DNA of 64,000 nt, taken from the human T2T-CHM13v2.0 reference genome, Homo sapiens. The notes under the pieces are model-generated. The model had not been told where the DNA came from. It searched no databases and saw nothing but the letters and a program-made list of their open reading frames with translations. Shown here piece by piece: positions 1 through 12,110 of the stretch. Numbering within the stretch: the first letter of the stretch is position 1; every line of letters starts with the position of its first letter. The position numbers and the translations under genes are program-made. The stretch lies in NCBI RefSeq assembly GCF_009914755.1, contig NC_060930.1; one strand, given 5' to 3'.

Positions 1-152
1 ACTCAGGAGGCTGAGGCAGAAGAATTGCTTGAACCTGGGAGGCGGATGTTGCAGTGAGCCGAGATCGTGCCACTGCATTACAGCCAGGGAGAGAGTGAGA
101 CTCCATCTCGGGGGGGTGGGGGCAGGGGGAAGAAAAAGGGGGAAAAAAAAAA
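1..152 (+). mobile_element. Alu right arm, cut by the window edge, with a G-rich interruption before the A tail
   Basis: GGAGGCTGAGGCAG...GCAGTGAGCCGAGATCGTGCCACTGCA...GAGACTCCATCTC. Confidence 0.9.
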
Positions 153-208
153 GAAAGTATGAAGGAAAGAAACACACTGTGGATAAAAATATAAAGAAAA
201 ACATGACT

Positions 209-535
209 GGGGGCAGTGGCTCATGCCTGTAATCCCAACACTTTTTGAGGCCAAGGCGGGTGGATCACCTGAGGTCAGGTATTCGAGACCAGCCTTACCA
301 ATATGGTGAAACCCTGTCTCTGTTAGAAATACAAAATTAACCAGGCGTGTCAGCACCTGCCTGTAATCCCAGCTGCTTGGGAGACTGAGGCAGGATACTT
401 GCTTGAATCAGGACCGGGAGGTTGCAGTGAGCTGAGATCACAGCACTGCACTCCAGCCTGGGCAACAAGAGCGAAACTCCGTCTCAAAAAAAAAAAAAAA
501 AAAAAAAGAGAGAGAGAGAGAAAGAAAAAAGAAAA
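209..535 (+). mobile_element. Alu (AluS-like) with A/GA tail
   Basis: Dimeric Alu consensus, poly-A followed by (GA)n. Confidence 0.92.
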
Positions 536-1269
536 ACATTAAAAGTTATTAGGTTTGAGTATATCTAAAGAATCATCATCTCATTCTGTTGTGAAAGGCC
601 TGATTGTAGCAGGGAGTTTCTGTAATGTAATAATTAGCATGTCCGCCTAGCATGTGAAAGGATTCTGGTTTTTAAATCCAGTGGAAACAACAGCTTTTCC
701 AAAAAATTTGTCTCATGGATACCTTCTTCCAGTCTGAGGCTGGCGTTTTCTCTCTCAATAGCCTTTTGATGAAGATAATGTTTAGTTTGGATGAAGTCCA
801 TAGTTTCAATCTTTTTAAAAATGCTTACTTGTTTTGTCAAATCTACAAAACATTTGACTATCGCAAAGGCAAAAAGGATTTTTCTAAATTTTCTTTAATA
901 GGCTTTGTTTTCATTTTCACTTTAAGGTGTATGGGTGAAAAATTTGAACAGGCGCTTCACAAAGACGGCCAAATGGCAACTGAACAATTTGCAATCAGAA
1001 AAAAAAAAAGAAAGAAAGAAAGAGGGAAGAGGGTCTAAACAAGCAAATAAACGAAAAACGAGAGGCGAGGCTACCAGGTTTCTTCCATTTCTGGCAAACA
1101 TTTATTGTTGTTGTTTTTTCCTTCACAGAATTATTTTCAGAAACCTTCCACAGGAGATTCGTGCGTGGAGGGGGTGGGGTGGAAAGAAGTAGGGAATGGA
1201 GAAGATTACTAAGAAAAGTTTCCTGTCTGGAACTGCGGCAGATCTCTTTGGATAGAGATGACTACTTAA

Positions 1270-1850
1270 CCTCACTCTGCTTTCCTTCGCCGCGGTTGCG
1301 GCCGCGACCCTGTTCTTACCACCAGCAATTCCTCCAGGGACTTGGTCAGCAGCCCAACTTGATCTGCGTCTCTCTGCTAAGGTGTTTCCGCAACAGGGTC
1401 AACTCCAAGTCTCACCTTTCTAGGAATCCCGGGCGCAGCGCGGGGGTCGGGACTCCGACCTGTATTTCCAGGCGGAGGTTTCCCTGGGTCAGGCGGCCAC
1501 TCTCTGCCAGAGATTGTCAGTTATCCAACTGTCAATAGAGCCGCCGCTCCAGCGAGTTTAATTTAGGCACAGAAAAGTCCTGCCTGGGTTGAGGTGGGCT
1601 TAGGATGAGTTTACTTGAGTGTGTGATTTAGAAATAGATCTATGGGACAGACAGACACGAAATCGGGCATTGGGGCCCTCGCAGGCAGGGTATCTAGACT
1701 GGCAGCTGCCGGTGCAGGATATTGCCAAGGACTCGGCATCCGGCTCAGCTCAAGGTGGGGACGAAGACGTCCTGGTTGCAAGGAGGAGCCCTACTCCCCC
1801 CGGAATCAGAACTGTGCATAGCGGGCTCTGGATTTGCCGGGATGTTTGAG
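1270..1850. promoter_or_regulatory. Small CpG-rich island, promoter- or enhancer-like
   Basis: Dense CpG (CGCCGCGGTTGCGGCCGCG, CCCGGGCGCAGCGCGGGGG) in non-repeat DNA against an AT-rich background. Confidence 0.5.
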
Positions 1851-2539
1851 GAATTTGAAATGAGAAAGGAGAGGAGGAAATGGTTTAATGGTATATTGAG
1901 TTACTGGAGTGTATTTTAGTCACCGATTTTGGTTTTAAAAAATGAGAAATATGGAGTGCAGGATTTCTGCCTGATTGAGTACAAGGCTAGAAAATAAGTG
2001 CTACAACCTCCCTAGTCCACCTACACTTCAATGTCTTAAATCCTAGTGCATCTGCAGAGCCCAGCACCGGATGGGGGAGGGGAGTGGGGGCGGAGAGAGA
2101 ACAGAACTGGAATTCTAGGTAGGGGAGTCAAATTTGCTAGGCTCTCAGCTGAGACCATCGCATTTGTTCTTAGTTGGCTAAGGGTATACACATGATCTGA
2201 ATCTCTCTGAGTATTCCCAAATTGTTTGGGGGAAAATTTAGCTGGTTTTAACTTAGAGATTAGGTCACACTAGGTCTCACATCCTGTGTACTTTGAGAGG
2301 ACAAAAGGATAAAGGGTAGAAACTGGCATTTTAAAAGAACCGATTATCACACATTTTATAGCTATTTAATAAGGTAATCCTTAATATTATGACCTGAAAT
2401 CCTCTCCATGGCTGACTCTCATGTGTTCAGCTTTATTTCATACCCCACCGCCCCTTTCTCTCCAACCACACTGTCCTCCTTGCAAATCGGTCCCTCTTAT
2501 TTACCATGGGTTTGGGTACATAAGATTTCTTTTGCCTTT

Positions 2540-2850
2540 AACACTCTTTTAAATCTAGTTAACATCTCCCCAACCTTTAAACTTGAGCATCATTATTTTC
2601 TCAGAGAACTCTTCCCCTAAACTTTCTAAATTAATCTTCATATATATTAAATGAGAGCACTATATGTCTCTCTTTTCTTGGAAATGCTGCATTAATTTGG
2701 ATGATAACTTGATTACTGTCTGTCTCTCACAAGAATATAATTTCCAAGAAGACAGGTGCAGTGCCTGGTTTCGTTTACTAATAAAACCCTACAGTCCATT
2801 GCAATGCCCATATATGCAATGGACACACAATAAATATTAGTTGACTAATA
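2540..2850 (+). mobile_element. L2 3' end fragment
   Basis: L2-like terminus ...CACAATAAATATTAGTTGACTAAT. Confidence 0.5.
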
Positions 2851-3738
2851 TGTGAACCCATACCATTCTACAAAGTAAATGTTAAACTTATTTTGAGACA
2901 AGGAACTGAGGTTAATAGTTAATTGTCCAAATTGCAGAATTAGTAAAAGAGTTATTTCCTATTTTTCTCGGATTTGAGACTCAATTGCAGAAACTGTGTA
3001 ATCAGTAGGGAAAGAGGAATTGAATTCTTCCCTTTAAAAATAACAGAAAATAACAATGGCCTTCATGGTCAACATCTTTAAGGAAAAATGCAGACTGGTG
3101 TCTTTGAACAGGATTTTTACAATCATCACAGTGAGACACTAATTAACCACACAAATTGAATGCTGTATAGAGAGGTATTTGATAGACAATAGAACCTTTC
3201 CACTTTCCTGATAGTCCTCTGCCCTTCCCAAATTCTGTAAACATGCTTACCCTCGTGATATATCCAGAACAATATGAAGATCTCCAGACAGGAAACGCAG
3301 ACATCTGGTCATCAAGATAGGAGATACATTCACTTTGAGCCTCAACTTAAGTTCACAATATTCTGGCCACCGCAACCCTTCCTTTTACACTATGTAGACT
3401 TTTGTCTACTACATTACATCTCTTTACATTTTTATCCATAAACATCGACAACAACGAAATCACACTCTTCTGAATTCCTGCCTCTGCCCCGTGAAAACAA
3501 AAAAAAAAGAAAAAAAAATCAACGTCCACAGTAACAAGCCTCGCATCTGAGGGGAAATTTTCTTAAATTCTCCAGTCACGTCTGAAAAAAAAAGTTTTAA
3601 TGGAGGACTTTGTAGTAAAGAAAAGCATGGTAACCTTGATAATTTACTGAAAGGAAAGGCCAATCAACTCGATGTTACCAAAGCTGAAACAGAAAAATTT
3701 AATTCTCCCTTAACGAAGGAAGCCAACGCAGCACACAG

Positions 3739-3811
3739 GTTTCCGTGGTGTAGTGGTTATCACATTCGCCTTACACGCGAAAGGTCCTCGGGTCGAAACC
3801 GAGCGGAAACA
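3739..3811 (+). tRNA. TRV-TAC4-1: tRNA-Val(TAC) with a Val-CAC/AAC-type body
   Basis: GTTTCCG/CGGAAAC acceptor stem, anticodon arm TTCGC-CT-TAC-AC-GCGAA, T-arm CTCGG-GTCGAAA-CCGAG, T4 at 3838-3841. Symbol from memory. Confidence 0.93.
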
Positions 3812-5755
3812 ACTTGCAATCTTTCGGGGTGTTTCTGTTTTCCAAGATTCCCTTAGCTGACCTTGACAGTGGACGTCTTTACAATGGCACCATCGCACGA
3901 TCTCTCGATCACTCTCAGCTTTCAAAAGCAGAATACTGTTCTATTAGGTGTTTCTCTCTGCATGTTGTCGGCAGTGTTCTGAATAGGAGGAGATCCCTGC
4001 CTTTAAAGGGGGCGAGATTGGGGTGGAGGGGTCTCTGCTCTCTTCCTAATGCGAACTGTCGCCTGCTGGCTTTATTCAAGGAGAGGCTCTTGGGGATTTC
4101 CGTAAGTAAAGTCTCCGCTTCTAGACCAAGAGTCCCTGACCACTTGAGTGAACATTACCAGTCTCCAGCAATTCATTTATTGTCAGACAATATTTTCAAA
4201 AATCACATGACTTTTAGAGAAGACAAGAAGAGAAAATGGGGAGGGAATATGTGTAAGACAAGATTCTGCAGGGAGAGCTCAATTAGGGCAGACGTTACTG
4301 CGTCGCCTGTTTCTCCACGATCATTTCCCTTGATGGTCCCGATCGCCACAAAGACGTCAGGGATTAGGGTCGCAGGCGCCTTGTTTAATGGCCTTTTGGC
4401 TTGGAGCATTTCCAATGCGGGTCAATGCGTAGTAGCACTTTTGCGGGAAGCTAGCGTTGCATGGAACATTAGGCCGCACCCGCCTCTCCAGGTCCCGGCT
4501 GGGCTCTGGTTGCTCACTCACTGCTGTGAACCTGGCTCCCTCCGAAGCATGGCAAAGTTCCACTTAAGGACGCTCCAGGTGGATATGGGGTAAAGCTAGG
4601 GTGTTTCCCGGCATGTACATACACTGGGGTCCTCGAAAGGATCCTAGACGGGGAGATGTGTGGGCACAAAGTGTGAAGATGTTTGTGTCACATGTTAAGT
4701 TAACCAGAGTGCGTCCACCAGAGAAGAACTAAACAACTAACTAACTGGAATGATTCTACCAGTTTTTGTCAGCTAGCTTTAATAATTAGCCACTACAGTG
4801 CTGGCAGATTGATTACATGAATTGAATAGCCTAATGTCAGCGATGGAAACTAAGCATGGGCCCAGTAACAATGGGCTTGTCTGTTACAGGAACTTAAAAA
4901 GATCTTTTCAAAATGCAAATCTGTTCATGAGACTTCTCTGCCTAAAATCCTTCCATGGATTCCCATTGTTGGTAGGGCCAATTCAAAAATCTTTAACTTG
5001 GCCTATACATAGTAATCATAGTTCTTAGTTTAGACTCAATATAGATCAATTCATGCCTGTTAATTTTAGTGCGCCATCCTCTTTACCATCAAGTAAAGTA
5101 TCCTGATTTATTTATAACAATCTACCAGAGGGTCCTGCACCATGCACATGTTCTCTCCTCCTCAGGCCTCATCTCCTACTACTTGCACATCACTCTGCAG
5201 CTCAGTCTTAATCACCAGACACACTGACGCTGTCTCAGCTCTTCTCCCCTCAGGTGTTTTGGCCATGTTGTTCTCTCTGAGGTGCAGAAAAGAAGGCCTC
5301 TGCTGGCCCTTCTCCTTGCTCTCCATTCAGCCCCTTCCTTTTCCCACCTGATTCTATCACATTCCTAAAGTCTCGCCTAACTGAGAGAAGGTGATATTCC
5401 AGAAACAAACATTCCCCAGTATGACTTCTCTACATTTTCACTGATTGTAATTCAGGAAGAAGGAGGGGTAGAAATGTGCCCAGGGTCCTATTTATGCTCA
5501 ATATAGTTAAAACAAACAAGCAAGGAAAAAGAATATTGGGATCAACCCTCTAAAGCACAGGTGGACAATGGCTGTCAAAATTGCCAATGCACTACTCTTT
5601 GATGCAGCTTTTCCACATGAATGCAAGGTATCATGGCAGATATCAGAGATGGTGTATGTTCATAGATATAAAGAGTTTGCAATAGCCGATGGAAAACTAA
5701 ACTAACTGCCCATTAAACTATGATATATACTAACATAATTGAATACTATACTAGT

Positions 5756-6058
5756 TTATTTATTTATTTATTTTTTTGAGATGAAGTCTCATTGTGTCGC
5801 CCAGGCTGGAGTGCAGTGGCACAATCTCCACTCACTGCAACCTCCACCTCCCAAGTTCAAGACCTTCTCCTGTCTCAGCCCCTTGAGTAGCTGGGATTAC
5901 AGGCATGCACCACCATGCCTGGATAATTTTTGTATTTTTAGTAGAGATGGGGTTTCACCATGTTGGCCAGGCTGGTCTCCAACTACTGACCCAGATGATC
6001 CGCCCACCTCGGCCTCCCAAAGTGCCGTGATTACAGGCGTGAGCCACTGCTCCTGGCC
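5756..6058 (-). mobile_element. Alu
   Basis: (TTTA)n tail followed by reverse-complement Alu consensus. Confidence 0.92.
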
Positions 6059-6074
6059 AACTACTACACATATA

Positions 6075-6150
6075 TTTTTTAAATTATTATACTTTAAATT
6101 CTGGGGTACATATACAGAACATGCAGGTTTGTTACATAGGTATACACGTG
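6075..6150 (-). mobile_element. Very short L1PA 3' end
   Basis: TTATTATACTTTAAATTCTGGGGTACAT...CAGGTTTGTTACATAGGTATACACGTG matches the reverse complement of the L1PA 3' terminus. Confidence 0.8.
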
Positions 6151-7004
6151 TATAGTATATGTAATACTATACATATTTTTAAAAGAATGAAGAAAACTTG
6201 TCTATTCTGATATGGAAAGTTTGCAAAAGTACATTGTAAGTAAAAATTTAAAAAGGCAAGGGACTTAAAAAGTGTATAAAATGCCACTATTCATGAAGAG
6301 AAAAAAGAAAACACTTGTGTAACTTTGTCTATGTATTCAAAATCTCTGGAACGATAAACAAGACATTAAAAACAATGGTAAAGCTTTTGGGAAACAATGG
6401 CTGAGTAGACAACGATTGGGTTTAACGGCCCCTGGAATGGTGACTAGAACCACATTTCTAGCATTTTTCAATACCAAGGTCTTCGAAGCGACCTTTGATT
6501 TGAGGTCACTTTAGGAATCTGAAGGAACACATAGGAAGACTCCCAAATTGAGGATCTAGACATAAGAAACCTGGGACGATCTCGATCATGGGACCATCGA
6601 GAATCAGACTCGTTGGGAATATCCTTCAAGTACCAATTTGTATGTTGTATTAGTGAGCGGCTTTTACGAAGCAAAGACTCATTAATATTTCACCGAATCT
6701 GATTCATTGTCTGCATGTATTGACTAGACATTCAGAAGGCAGCAAATATTTCCATAAATTGCTGGGCCATTAGCCACAGTTTGAAATGTTTAAGCGTCCT
6801 CTTTCAAGTCTACGAATACAGCCATTTTGCTTTGTTTTTGCGTTAAGAGGAAATTTCTCGTTATTTCTATTAAGACTCTAAAGCAACTAAGAAATTGTTC
6901 CTCCCTGTAAGACAAACAGGAATTACGTTGAAGAATTTAATACTTTCACGGAGAAGGGGCGAGGATGCGGGTGAGATGAATAACAAAAGCACAGATTTGC
7001 GGTC

Positions 7005-7078
7005 GGCCGGTTAGCTCAGTTGGTTAGAGCGTGGTGCTACTAATGCCAGGGTCGAGGTTTCGATCCCCGTACGGGCCT
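7005..7078 (+). tRNA. TRS-ACT1-1: tRNA-Ile(AAT)-derived gene with a Ser(ACT) anticodon, probable pseudogene
   Basis: GGCCGGTTAGCTCAGTTGGTTAGAGCGTGGTGCT-ACT-AATGCCA...; Ile body with no long variable arm; T-stem mismatches; T5 terminator just downstream. Symbol from memory. Confidence 0.88.
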
Positions 7079-7626
7079 TTGGCTTTTTCCCCCCTCGAGA
7101 AATTTGGTTTTCATGCTCTAAGATGATTCAAATTAACCGTCCCCATTTCTTAACGAACCTAGAACCTAAGTTCGTTTCCGAATCATCTGAAATGCTACAT
7201 CTCCCCAGGTAATAATCTTCTTCTTCTTCTTCTTCTTTTTTTAAATGTTCTTTCTGTTTCCTCCAGGAATAAGGGTTGGGGACAGAAAGCTGTTCAGAGC
7301 AGAGACCTCCAAGACTGGGAGCCTGCTTAATGAAAGGGGGGGGGCGGGGAAGAGTTCAAGGAGTGGAAAAATAACTGGCATTTTTTTTAAAAAAATAAAG
7401 CTTATTTGATTTCAGATTTTCCTTCCAAATTAGTCCTGAAACCTACCTTCTTTCTCAAATTGTAGAGACACAAGATAAAGAGAATAAATCCTTAGAAGGT
7501 TGTGGATATGTGTCTCTGAAAACCCTTTCGAATTTAACTGACAGACGACATTGTCCTGTGAGGAAGCTATCACTTTAAACAAGGAACACAGACTTTTTGT
7601 TTTGTTTTGTTCACAGAAACCGATTC

Positions 7627-7652
7627 TGTGTGTGTGTGTGTGTGTGTGTGTG
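7627..7652. repeat. (TG)n microsatellite
   Basis: About 13 TG units. Confidence 0.95.
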
Positions 7653-8541
7653 TCTGTGTTTGTGTTTTCACATGGGCTCCTGTGTGTGTCACAAAGGGAT
7701 ATGCGAGGGAGAAGCAGGGAGTTTTCTTTGTGTCCGTTTGGAAGTTTACCCTGCACATATTTCTCATTGGTGAAGGGCAGTGGAAGGACCAGGGGAGCTA
7801 TGCACTGTCCTGGGAAACTCCAGAGGGACCTTTGTCTACCCTTCCCCTTCTTTCCCTGAGTTGCTATCCTAGGGTTGCTGGGATCTTCCTCTAACCCAGT
7901 AGTTCAAGTGCATTTATTTCAGCTTTCTGTAAACAGCAAAGTGGCTCCCCTGTGACTTCGGTAAAATCTTTCCATAACGTGTCCTTAAAAACGCTACATG
8001 TTACCCTGGTAAAAACGATTTTTGAGAAAATAATTAGATCTATAACGAAAAGGAGTAAAGCATCTCAGGTATCTGACTCAAATTTCTCACCTGTAAAATA
8101 GAGATTATGGGTCCCATCTCACAGCGTGGTTGTGAGCCTCACAGGTAAGGTAACAATAGAAAACACTTGTCACAAAAACTGGCACACGGTAACCTGGCAT
8201 ACTGTGTGCCTGGCACCTGGCACACAGTCTTGTTTAACAATCTCACTTGTCTACCATTGATGAAATAGAGGCCGAGGCCCGGGGCGCCAAGCTCCTAAAG
8301 CACTTGAAAGGAGTGGTTTAGGATTAGAGGACTCCTGACAGTTGGAAGTCAACGTTTTCCATTAAGACTGTGGTGTAAAAGGTGTTGAATGTAGGCATGT
8401 GGCAGGTAAGCGTCTTCTTGACTTAATCCTCCAAGAGGAAAAGCAGAATGCACCCATCACCCAAACTATGGGGCGGAGGGAAGGAACCTAAAGTGGAGAA
8501 ATAGGTCACCTATGACTTTAGGAAATGCTAGTTCAGCTTCA

Positions 8542-8613
8542 GGTTCCATGGTGTAATGGTTAGCACTCTGGACTCTGAATCCGGTAATCCGAGTTCAAAT
8601 CTCGGTGGAACCT
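8542..8613 (+). tRNA. TRQ-CTG5-1: tRNA-Gln(CTG)
   Basis: GGTTCCA/TGGAACC acceptor stem, CTGGA-CT-CTG-AA-TCCGG anticodon arm, intact B-box GAGTTCAAATC. Symbol from memory. Confidence 0.95.
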
Positions 8614-9229
8614 TGGATTTAGTCCTCTGCAGTCAAATCCCCATCGTCTCTCCACAATCTATACTGTTGCTCATACAAATCACTCGACCAAATTTTATTC
8701 CTGGTATTTCCACGTCACATCTCTTGAGCGGAGTATCTTTAGCTGCCAACCAAATAATAACTTTCTTTTTGCTGCGCACAATTTGTTCTTTGGAGAAAAA
8801 AGAGAGAAGCCTCAAAAGGAAATGCACGAGGCAGTCGCTCGAGTCCTGCTGGAACTGCAAATCAAAGTCTCCAGAAAAGATCTGCAAACAAGTGAGGAGA
8901 CAATAGATAGGAGGCTAGTGAGAAGAGAGAAAGGAAATTTGGTGATAGTCACGAACAGAGAAAAGCTGGGATGGAAACTGAGGAAAGGACTTACCCACTA
9001 AATGGGTCTGGGAGAGGTGACAGTCGCCGAAGCCGAGAGAAAACTGTCCTCAGACAAGACCACAAGGGGATAGAAGCTCAACTTGTGAGGGCTGGGCAGA
9101 TAGAACAGGTGACGGGAAAGATACAACTGGCGATAGTCAATAGTCAATAGAGATAGATGCTGTTTCGAGTTTGCACAAGCAAGTTTTACTTGGACAGAGA
9201 AGAGGGGGAAATGAGCTGAAAAGACTCCC

Positions 9230-9700
9230 TTTCCCAGGATAACAGAGTTTACTCTACGCCCTCTCCCCGCCAATCTCCCCAGCCACCAACCTCCCGCAGC
9301 GTTTCCTAGTGAGGGTTCCCTGAGCTCATTGCTGGGCGCTCAGCAACTCGGCTTTCTTGGCATTTCCGTCTGGGCATGGACAAGCTCCTGAAGAAGGGGT
9401 TTCAGAGCTCGGACCCTCTTAGACAGATTGTAGAAGTTCAGTCACCCGGAAATTGCTGGGGCGGTTTGGTTTTGGAGAGAGGCGGGGACGAAAGAAGAAA
9501 GCTGTGAGCGAGGAGAGAAGGCAGGGAATGTGAACAGGAAAAAGCTCTTGCGCTAAGGAATGTCAGAGAAGCCAGCGCCCGGTGCAGCCGAGAAGCTTAG
9601 CGACAGGGTTGCTGGGCCGGAGACCACGAGATCCTAGAGGCTACAAAGAAACATTTCCCCATATGTGTCTCCCCTACCGCGCACTAGCTCCCTATGGGAT
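9230..9700. promoter_or_regulatory. CpG-rich Pol II promoter-like patch between tRNA genes
   Basis: GC boxes (GGGGCGG, CCCCGCC), ETS-like CCGGAAAT, CCAAT, raised CpG. Confidence 0.45.
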
Positions 9701-11104
9701 GTGAATGCTCCCTACTTCCATCTTCCCCTGCAAATCATTCTCGCCTTTTAGATAATATCTTACCGTGACAGAACAACTGGAAATGCTGGTGTCTCCAAAG
9801 TCTTCTGTAAACAAGACACAGAGATGTGTGTCTCAATTGCGTATTTTACACGATTTTATGAAGGAACTGACAAATTCCTCATTTACTTCCGACTAATAAC
9901 ATTCCATTTTTAACAAAACGGAACGTACATATTGGGCCATGGAAAGTTAGTGTTTTCATTTTTTTTTACAATTATTGAGACTCGTAGGAAAATTCTTGGA
10001 CTTTTATCAAATATGAATACAAATACAAATATGGATATCCGTAAAGTTATATATTTTACGTCCTCCCAAATCTCCTGCTCGCCATCACTTTTATTTATTG
10101 CTAAAATTTATTTATTAAATTTAGATAAACGTAATGAGAATGTGTTGAAGATTCCACTTTAAATAATGCACCTTAAATAATCATAAAAACACCTTTTGGA
10201 AGGCTCGGAATTATTCAAAACCACAATCTACTGATCTTTTTGTTGTTAATTCCACTGAACCTTTCTTATTCCGGCTATAAGAAGTATTTATCCGCGGACA
10301 ATGAATTGATGGAGAAAAAAATATTAACAGCCATTTCACTAAAAGATGCATTTCCAATGCAACTCTACTTTTCGTGTATTCTAAATTACTTACCAAAATC
10401 GTTGATTTGTGTTTGTTATTGTGTGCCACCATTGAATGTAAAGGTAATTCAAACCAGAAGAAAAACGGTGAAACTCTTGGGGATTTATGGTCAATGGACA
10501 TAAAAAAAAAATTAGAGGTTTCAATTTATATAAGTATTTTCCGTTGCTGTCAGTTATGATAGCGTCTTTAAGCATAAAAATACATAATATTGGGATAAAA
10601 TTCTGTGGCAGAAACAGAAAAGAAATACATTGGCAGCAGAAAAAGGATTCCCCCCACCCCACCCCGCCGCCTCAATTTTCAGCTGCTTAGCCTTCAGTAA
10701 GAAGGACTGTAAGGCCTAACATGAGATCTGAGGAATGAGTAATGAACTAAGGCAGGTGAAGTGAGGGCAAAGAGAAGAGTTAAAAGAGTGCTGAGGGTGG
10801 AAAATGAGAAGGAGAGCATGGAGCTTGGGGAGAAAAAAAATTCACTGTAGTTGGAAAGCTAGAATGGATACGGAGGAACGATGACACTCAAGACTGGACA
10901 CACGGGCGCTGGGCACGATCATTAAACTGTAAAAGGTTCTCCATATGAAGGTGGAAAGAACTTGTTTTGCGTAAGAATTCTTTAAGGAGACCACAGTTTG
11001 AAGGACATTACAATACATATCAACATATCACCATAATTAAATTGCAAGTCTTCGTCAAAAGCAAGCCTTAAAGGAGTATCCCAAAAACACATTTTCCCCA
11101 GAAG

Positions 11105-11186
11105 GACGAGGTGGCCGAGTGGTTAAGGCGATGGACTGCTAATCCATTGTGCTCTGCACGCGTGGGTTCGAATCCCACCTTCGTCG
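11105..11186 (+). tRNA. TRS-GCT2-1: tRNA-Ser(GCT)
   Basis: 82-nt class II cloverleaf, ATGGA-CT-GCT-AA-TCCAT, long variable arm, GGTTCGAATCC, TTTT terminator at 11191. Symbol from memory. Confidence 0.97.
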
Positions 11187-11774
11187 ACCGTTTTCTTTAA
11201 GAGGGTAACCAGGTTTTTGTCGCAGGTCTGAGTTGCTCTCAGAAAAGTTATATAGATTATCTACAGCTTTCCTCCTTTTGCTTCCTCTCATTTCTCTCGA
11301 CCATCTATCAGTTTTATTTCCTCCTGAGGTTCAAAGGAATTCTTGAGGATCTGAGTGGAATTACTCTCCATTCTTAGATTACAATTTACTACATCCGGCA
11401 CGTGGGCTGCGGGCATTGCCTGCACCTGAAGGGCTCTTAGCCAAGATGTCCGCATGGTGCAATGGATCCCTTGCTCCACTCACATAGTGCCTCATGTTGC
11501 AAAGCGAAAGAACCAAAGGCGTTGGTCAGACACTGATAACCTCTCCTTCTCCGAACAATTAACAGAAGTTTGTGTGTCACCTTCCTTTCTATTTACATAT
11601 GAACGAGTAATTTGTACCTTTGCTTATTGTCCAAGTAAAGTGCTTTGGAATCTCCTGTCTTGGATTTGCTTCAAAATACTAGTTGGTGTTGGAGAGCAGC
11701 AGAGAAAACAACATTACAAAATGTTGTTAATTGTTTAAGCTGGTTGATGGGAAGTTGAATGTTCGTTATACTAA

Positions 11775-12110
<336 letters not shown>

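Noticed and set aside
109-142. G-rich tail of the first Alu as a G-quadruplex element
   Set aside because: Mutated Alu tail with no supporting context
3814-4593. 259-aa ORF starting just after tRNA-Val
   Set aside because: TTG start, no recognisable domain, and it crosses the Pol III terminator and a GC-rich patch; most likely chance
5739-6155. Alu-derived ORFs here and throughout (for example 15312, 33467, 35137, 41086, 47678, 53144, 56805)
   Set aside because: Standard Alu translations such as SPRLECSG and WDYRR, not genes
6581-6603. Hairpin TCTCGAT-N9-ATCGAGA
   Set aside because: A 7-bp stem is expected by chance in 64 kb; no cloverleaf or A/B boxes around it
4406-10360. 13-mer GCATTTCCAATGC present at about 4406 and 10348
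   Set aside because: No flanking similarity; a single 13-mer match is compatible with chance
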